NCBI RefSeq assembly: GCF_006345805.1
Contig: NW_021825518.1
Coordinates: 1 to 15,217 of the forward strand
From: Octopus sinensis
Taxonomy: Eukaryota
DNA length: 15,217 nt
Direction: 5' to 3'
The notes beneath the pieces are model-generated. The model was given only the letters and a program-made list of their open reading frames with translations, searched no databases and was not told the DNA's origin. This document shows positions 9,676-15,217 of this stretch, in pieces (within the stretch, counting starts at the first letter, position 1; every line of letters begins with the position of its first letter). The translations under genes and the position numbers were made by a program.

Positions 9676-9958
9676 GAATCGACCCCAATATTTATTTTTA
9701 AAGACTGGGACGCAAACACATAAACACCGGTTGTGAAGCGCTGGTGGGGGACAAACACAGACTTAAATATACACACACACTTAAATACACACACACATAT
9801 GTATAAACGACGGGCGTCTTTCAATTCCTGTCTCCATTCACAAGGCTTTGGGCAGCCCGAAGCTATAGCAGTAGACACTTGCTGAAGGTGACACAAAATG
9901 GGACTGAACCCGGAACCATATGGTTGGGAAGCAAGCTTCTCACCACATAGCCACGCCT
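9676..9958 (-). mobile_element. SINE family B, diverged copy
   Basis: Reverse complement homologous to 3188-3555. Confidence 0.8.
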
Positions 9959-10007
9959 TGCGTTTGAGGAATTTTTAGGTAGAGATATTGATGTTGGGTG
10001 TGAAGAT

Positions 10008-10133
10008 GTATGGCGGAACAGTCTGGATTTTTTACGGGGTTATAATCGTCAGAGTGAGTTCTGGGACCTCTCTGACTTGAGTTCTTGAGCAATTTACGTA
10101 ACTTTAACGTTACTTTAAGTGATAATCTCCAAA
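10008..10133 (+). mobile_element. SINE family C, uninterrupted diverged copy
   Basis: Shares TTCTGGGAC...ACTTGA.TTCTTGAGCAA...TAACTTT.ACGTTACTTTA..TGATAATCTCCAA with 9185-9575. Confidence 0.55.
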
Positions 10134-10217
10134 TTAATGAAGTAAGCTCCTCAGGCTTTCACTTTCATGGTTATAAATCTCTTTTTTCTTTGGAAATGTC
10201 TTTCACATAGCAAGAAC

Positions 10218-10547
10218 ATCGATCCCCAGTACTCAACTGGTACTTATTTAATCGACCGCGAAAGGACGAAAGGCAAAGTCGACATTGGAAGATAGCGGCA
10301 GATGAAATACCTATTTCTTTACTACCCACAAGGAGCTAAACACAGAAGGGATAAACAAGGACAGAGAAACGGGTTAAGTCGATTATATCGACCCCAGTGC
10401 GTAACTGGTACTTATTTCATCGGCCCCGAAAGGATGAAAGGCAAAGTCGACCTCGGCGGAATTTGAACTCAGAACGTAGCGACAGACGAAATACCGCTAA
10501 GCATTTCACCCGGCGTGCTAACGTTTCTGCCAGCTCGTTCCAGCCTT
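10218..10547 (-). mobile_element. SINE family A: headed unit plus partial head-less unit
   Basis: Reverse-complement match; junction at 10311/10312. Confidence 0.9.
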
Positions 10548-10616
10548 AATTTGTAATCTGTATTATATACGTAATAATTACGCAACAAACATACATACGC
10601 AACAAACATACATACC

Positions 10617-10853
10617 TATTTCTTTACCACCCACAAGGGGCTAAACAGAGAGAAGACAAAACAAGGATAGACACACGGATTAAGTCGATTATGTCGACCT
10701 CAGTGCGTAACTGGTACTTATTTAATCGACCCCGAAAGGTTGAAAGGCAAAGTCGACCTCGGCGGAATTTGAACTCAGAACGTAACGGCGGCAGACGAAA
10801 TACGGCTACGCATTTCGCCCGGCGTGCTAACGATTCTTCCAGCTCGTCGCCTT
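10617..10853 (-). mobile_element. SINE family A full-length unit
   Basis: Reverse-complement match from head to tail. Confidence 0.9.
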
Positions 10854-11404
10854 CAACAAACACGTACATACCTCTGCCTCGAAATTCTTTAATCGCAATC
10901 AGGAAATGTTGAAACCAGGAAATCACAGCAGAATTCTGTGAAAATCTTAACTGCCTCATTAAATTCGATATTGAAATTGGAATCGCAAATGAATTAATTT
11001 TGTTTTTATTGTGTTAGTTGTTTGTTTGGTTCTTATGATTTGAAACACGTTCTCCTGAGAATATTCTTCCGCTTCGAGATCAAAGAAATTTTTGAAAAAA
11101 ATTTTTTTTTTTTTTTTGGAATATTTCTTTTTTTTTTTTCGTTTATTTTTTGTTGTTGTTGTTATTATTGTTGTTCACCACCATGTGTGGTAAATCAATC
11201 ATAAACACGAAGCAACAACAATAAGAGGGAGAGAGCAACAACTGCGGCTACAACGAGAAATTTTAAATGGAACGCATACATACATACGGGAGTGTATATA
11301 CATATATATATGTATATATAAATATGCACAGACTCACACACACATACACAAACATATAATGTTAATAACTTGTTTTTGTTTTTATAGATTATATACTTAT
11401 GTCT

Positions 11405-11555
11405 ATATGTGCGAGTTAAAATAAATAAATATATATATATATATACACACATACATACATATATGTATATATACACACATATATATATATACATGTACAT
11501 ATTTATGTGTATATTCACATATACATATATATATATGCATATATATATATACATA

Positions 11556-11591
<36 letters not shown>

Positions 11592-11940
11592 CATATATAT
11601 ATATACTCATACATATGTATATATATATACATACATACATATATGTATATACACACACATATATATATATGCATGTACATATATATGTGAATATACACAT
11701 ATACATATATATATACATATACATACATATACATATATGCATATATATGCATATACATATATATATATCTATATCTATATCTATATCTATCTATCTATCT
11801 ATATATATATATAATCTATTTACATAAATATATGCTCATGCATTTATATATGGATAGACTCATGCACACACACCACACACACACACACACATAAATATAT
11901 ACATGTATACACTCATATATGAGTGTGTGTATGTGTGTTT
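11405..11940. repeat. Long (TA/CA/TATC)n compound microsatellite
   Basis: Direct reading. Confidence 0.95.
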
Positions 11941-12371
11941 ATATAAGGTTTGTTTAAAAAGAACCCAATTTTTAAGACAACGAGACAACCAGCCGCCGCA
12001 GCATGCTTGCGGCTGCAGTGCTGTGAATGGATGACCTTTATTATCAATAACATAATACTCACACATCATGTTGTTAGCTGGTCCCTATGTCCCTTCCCCA
12101 TTCTCTCTCATTGTATATCTACGTATATGTGTGTGTGGCAGCGTGTATACTTGTGTGTGTGTGTGTGTGTATGTATATATTATTGATACGTAGATATATA
12201 TACGTAGATATATATATATGTATATATGCATGTGTATATATCCACGTAGATATATATATATATATATATGTGTGGTGTGTGTGTGGTGTGTGTGTGTGTG
12301 CGTGTATATGTATGTATGTATGTATGTATGTATTTATGTATGTATGTATGTATATATGTGTGTATACATTT

Positions 12372-12580
12372 GTGTGTCTGTGTTTGTGCCCACAACATCA
12401 CTTGACAACCGATGCTGGTGTGTTTACGTCCCTGTAACTTAGCGGTTCGGCAAAAGAGACCGATAGCATATGTACTAGGCTTACAAAGAATATGTCTTGG
12501 GGTCGATTTGCTCGAATAAAGACGGTGCTCCAGCATGGCCGCAGTCAAATAACTGAAACATGTAAAAGAGTAAAAGAGTA
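12372..12580 (+). mobile_element. SINE family B 3' half with LINE-related tail
   Basis: CAACCGATGCTGGTGTGTTTACGTCC...GGTGCTCCAGCATGGCCGCAGTC...CTGAAAC, ending (TAAAAGAG)2. Confidence 0.85.
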
Positions 12581-12610
12581 AATATATATATATATATACA
12601 TATGTATATA

Positions 12611-12759
12611 AGCGCAGGTGTGGTAAGAGGTTTGGATCACAACCACATGGTTCCGGGTTCAGCCTCATTGCATGGCATGTAGGGCAAATATCTTCTACTA
12701 TAGCCCCGATCCGACCAAAACCGTGTGAGTGGATTTGATAGACGAAAACTGAAAGACGT
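12611..12759 (+). mobile_element. SINE family B 5' half
   Basis: Homologous to 3188-3350. Confidence 0.8.
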
Positions 12760-12799
12760 ATATATATATATATATTTTTATCATTTCATTATTTTTTAA

Positions 12800-13053
12800 A
12801 TTTCATCTAGTTTCAGCTCACGAGCTGTGGCCATGCTGGGGCATCGCCATTTGGTGTTGCTACATGATTTTACTTCACGAATGCTTTTTAGCAATTGACA
12901 TTTGGTGCATGAGAGAGTTTGATGCAGCTGCCCTCATCTGCACATCCTGCCGCGAAGTTGGTTCATCTGGGACGCCTGACAGGAAGACGTCCAGCTTTAT
13001 TTTGAAAACACCTCCACCCACCCCATGCAGGTCTCTCAGGTCTTTCGGGAGGA

Positions 13054-13057
<4 letters not shown>
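12800..13057 (-). mobile_element. 5'-truncated 3' end of a CR1/L2-group LINE (ORF2 C-terminus plus 3' UTR)
   Basis: 13057-12875(-) encodes NILPKDLRDLHGVGGGVFKIKLDVFLSGVPDEPTSRQDVQMRAAASNSLMHQMSIAKKHS*, matching the recalled N.LP..LR....FK..LD.FL..VPDEP ORF2 terminus. Clade assignment is approximate. Confidence 0.8.
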
Positions 13058-13087
<30 letters not shown>

Positions 13088-13089
<2 letters not shown>

Positions 13090-13352
13090 CAAAATAAGCA
13101 ACAAGAATGACTCCGGTAATTTGGTACGATCGTTTCATACTACATCGTTTTATTAAATGTTGTAAGTATTACAACACATTTAAGATGTTGAGTACTCATC
13201 AGCCAATTATAGAGGTTTTCCATTAATACAAAAATTTTCAAATCAAGTGGCAACATTATAGAGAAGGTAGATATATAGACTAAGATGTGGATTTAAATTT
13301 TAAGAACATAAGAGGAAGTGGAATCCCTTCACTGACTAAAATTTTGCTGAAC

Positions 13353-13354
<2 letters not shown>
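13088..13354 (-). mobile_element. Penelope-like/retrozyme-like terminal fragment carrying an HHR
   Basis: Non-microsatellite island between (TA)n tracts containing the HHR below; the family assignment is inferred from the known HHR-PLE association. Confidence 0.6.
13117..13209 (-). ncRNA. Type I hammerhead ribozyme with extended stem II and palindromic stem III
   Basis: Minus strand: TAATTGG-CTGATGA(13202-13196)-GTACT...AGTAT-GAAA(13136-13133)-CGATCG-TA-CCAAATTA. All core nucleotides are present and stems I, II and III can pair. Confidence 0.8.
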
Positions 13355-13408
<54 letters not shown>

Positions 13409-13409
13409 A

Positions 13410-13637
13410 CAATAATCCCTCACCGTATCACGGTTCACCTATCGCGGTTTATTATTTAAGCTTACGCCGATTCCTCCGTGATGTTGTGCTTTGCATTTAA
13501 AAATAAAATAAATATATGCAAATATTAAAAATAATGATAAAAAGTATAGTGCAATACTGTTTTTCACTTCGCAGATTTTCACCTATCGTGGGGGTCGGAT
13601 TTGGAACGTAACACCCGCGATAGTCGAGTGATTGCTG
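13410..13637. mobile_element. Tc1/mariner (Tigger/pogo-like) MITE
   Basis: Imperfect TIRs CAATAATCCCTCACCGTATCACGG / CCGCGATAGTCGAGTGATTGCTG; TTCACCTATCG repeated in both subterminal regions; TA TSD decayed. Confidence 0.7.
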
Positions 13638-13957
13638 TGTATGTATGTATGTATGTATGTATTTATGTATGTATGTATGTATGTATGTATGTATGTATGT
13701 ATGTGTGTATGTATGTGTGTATGTATGTATATATGTATGTGTATGTATGTATGTTTGTATGTATGTATGTACGTATGTATGTATGTGTGTGTATGTATGT
13801 ATGTATGTATGTATGTATGTATGTGTGTGTGGGTATGTATGCATGTATGTATGTATGTATGTATGTATGTATGTGTGTATGTATGTATGTATGTGTGTAT
13901 GTATGTATGTATGTATGTATGTATTATGTATGTATGTATGTATGTGTGTATGTATGT
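13638..13957. repeat. (TATG)n microsatellite
   Basis: Direct reading. Confidence 0.95.
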
Positions 13958-13963
13958 AAAAAC

Positions 13964-14057
13964 TAAGTCTGTGATCGATTTGTTCGACTAAAACCTTTCA
14001 AGGTGGTGCTCCAGGATGGCCGCAGTCAAATGATTGAAACAAGTAAACGAATAAGAG
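13964..14057 (+). mobile_element. SINE family B 3' tail fragment
   Basis: TCGATTTGTTCGACTAAA...GGTGCTCCAGGATGGCCGCAGTCAAATGATTGAAACAAGTAAA. Confidence 0.75.
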
Positions 14058-14094
14058 AGAAATTATCTATATGTAGATGAGTATATACACAGGG

Positions 14095-14163
14095 AGATAG
14101 ACAGACAGACAGACAGATAGACAGACAGACAGACAGACAGGCAGACAGACAGACAGACAGACG

Positions 14164-14225
<62 letters not shown>

Positions 14226-14230
14226 CAGAT
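14095..14230. repeat. (GACA)n(GATA)n microsatellite
   Basis: Direct reading. Confidence 0.95.
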
Positions 14231-14299
14231 ATAAACACACAACATGTGTATATGCGTATTTCTGTGCACATTGCGTAATAGTGAGACCTCACAATAGAT

Positions 14300-14385
14300 T
14301 AGTGGTTCTAAAACCCTTTTTTTTTTCTATAGACCCCTTGTATTCTAATTCTACTCGGATGGATCCTCATTACCATCCCATGTTT
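14300..14385 (+). mobile_element. Left-end fragment of the hAT-like MITE family seen at 9303
   Basis: AGTGGTTCT...GACCCCTTG...TACTCGGATGGATCCTCAT aligns with 9303-9390. Confidence 0.6.
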
Positions 14386-14794
14386 AGGCGAGCTGGCAGA
14401 ATCGTTAGCACCCTGGGCAAAATGCTCAGCGGTATTTCGTCTGCCACTACGTTCTGAGTTCAAATTCCGCCGAGGTCGACTTTGCCTTTCATCCTTTCAG
14501 GGTCGATAAATACAGTACCAGTTTCGCACTGGGGTCGATGTAATCGACTTAATCCTTTTTTTTTTCTATAGACCCCTTGTATTCTAATTCTACTCGGATG
14601 GATCCTCATTACCATCCCATGTTTAGGCGAGCTGGCAGAATCGTTAGCACCCTGGGCAAAATGCTCAGCGGTATTTCGTCTGCCACTACGTTCTGAGTTC
14701 AAATTCCGCCGAGGTCGACTTTGCCTTTCATCCTTTCAGGGTCGATAAATACAGTACCAGTTTCGCACCGGGGTCGATGTAATCGACTTAATCC
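14315..14794 (+). repeat. Near-perfect 239-bp tandem duplication (MITE fragment plus SINE A 5' part)
   Basis: 14315-14553 vs 14554-14792; one mismatch noticed (14530 T / 14769 C). Confidence 0.92.
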
Positions 14795-14853
14795 CTTTGT
14801 CTGTCCTTGTTTGTCCCGTCTATGTTTAGCCCCTTGTGGGTAGTAAAGAAATA
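14625..14853 (+). mobile_element. SINE family A full-length unit (partial duplicate at 14386-14555)
   Basis: Runs from the head to the GTAGTAAAGAAATA tail. Confidence 0.9.
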
Positions 14854-15217
14854 TATATTATGAATGTTAGAGAATGAGAAATTAAAGATGCTTTAAATAT
14901 GGTTTAAAATATATAATGGCCACAATGTTCAGGTTGCGTTCAGGGTGAATACGCCGGAATCGTATTTGAAGGACATAAATTTAAGAGCTTTGAAGACGTT
15001 ATGGGATGATAACGCAAGAGTTTGATAGACAGAAGACAAGGAGAGAATGAAATAGTAGAAAGGAGAGAGAGGGGGAAAAGTAGGGATTAGAATGGTTTTC
15101 GGAAGAAAAAAAGAAAGTGAAGGGAAATGAGGAACGGAATTGTGAGTGGTCGTGTTTCAAAGTAAGGCGGTTCTCGAATACGATTTGTGGTCCAAAGCCT
15201 GGACTTTCCACTTGACT

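Noticed and set aside
11195-11827. Long YI/MYV/HT-rich ORFs (also 22-312, 537-869, 13497-13991)
   Set aside because: They are translations of (TA)n/(TATG)n microsatellites, which lack stop codons.
11995-12013. GC-rich hairpin GCCGCA/TGCGGC
   Set aside because: A 6-bp stem is expected by chance; there is no Helitron-type CTRR end or other context.
13280-13354. Minus-strand peptide KFSKILVSEGIPLPLMFLKFKSTS* as a GIY-YIG C-terminus
   Set aside because: Too short and too weakly similar to call without a profile search.

Overview
Repeat-saturated, AT-rich animal DNA with no intact protein-coding gene; the repeat families look like octopus/coleoid cephalopod sequence (recalled, not searched). Nearly all ORFs in the track are microsatellite or SINE artefacts. 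The window is a matrix of (TA)n, (TATG)n, (ATT)n, (CAA)n and (GATA)n tracts carrying three tRNA-derived SINE families, two 5'-truncated LINE 3' ends (R4/Dong-like RLE and CR1/L2-like), a hAT-like and a Tigger-like MITE, and a tandem pair of an unclassified ~570-bp element. The main unexplained signal is a set of hammerhead-ribozyme (HHR) motifs. One has a complete canonical core and a long stem II (13117-13209, minus). Three variant or degenerate ones lie in short Penelope-like tails abutting (TA)n. A ~300-bp rod-like fold-back (1334-1634) has arms that each carry an HHR-like layout of opposite polarity. All structures were paired by eye, not computed.
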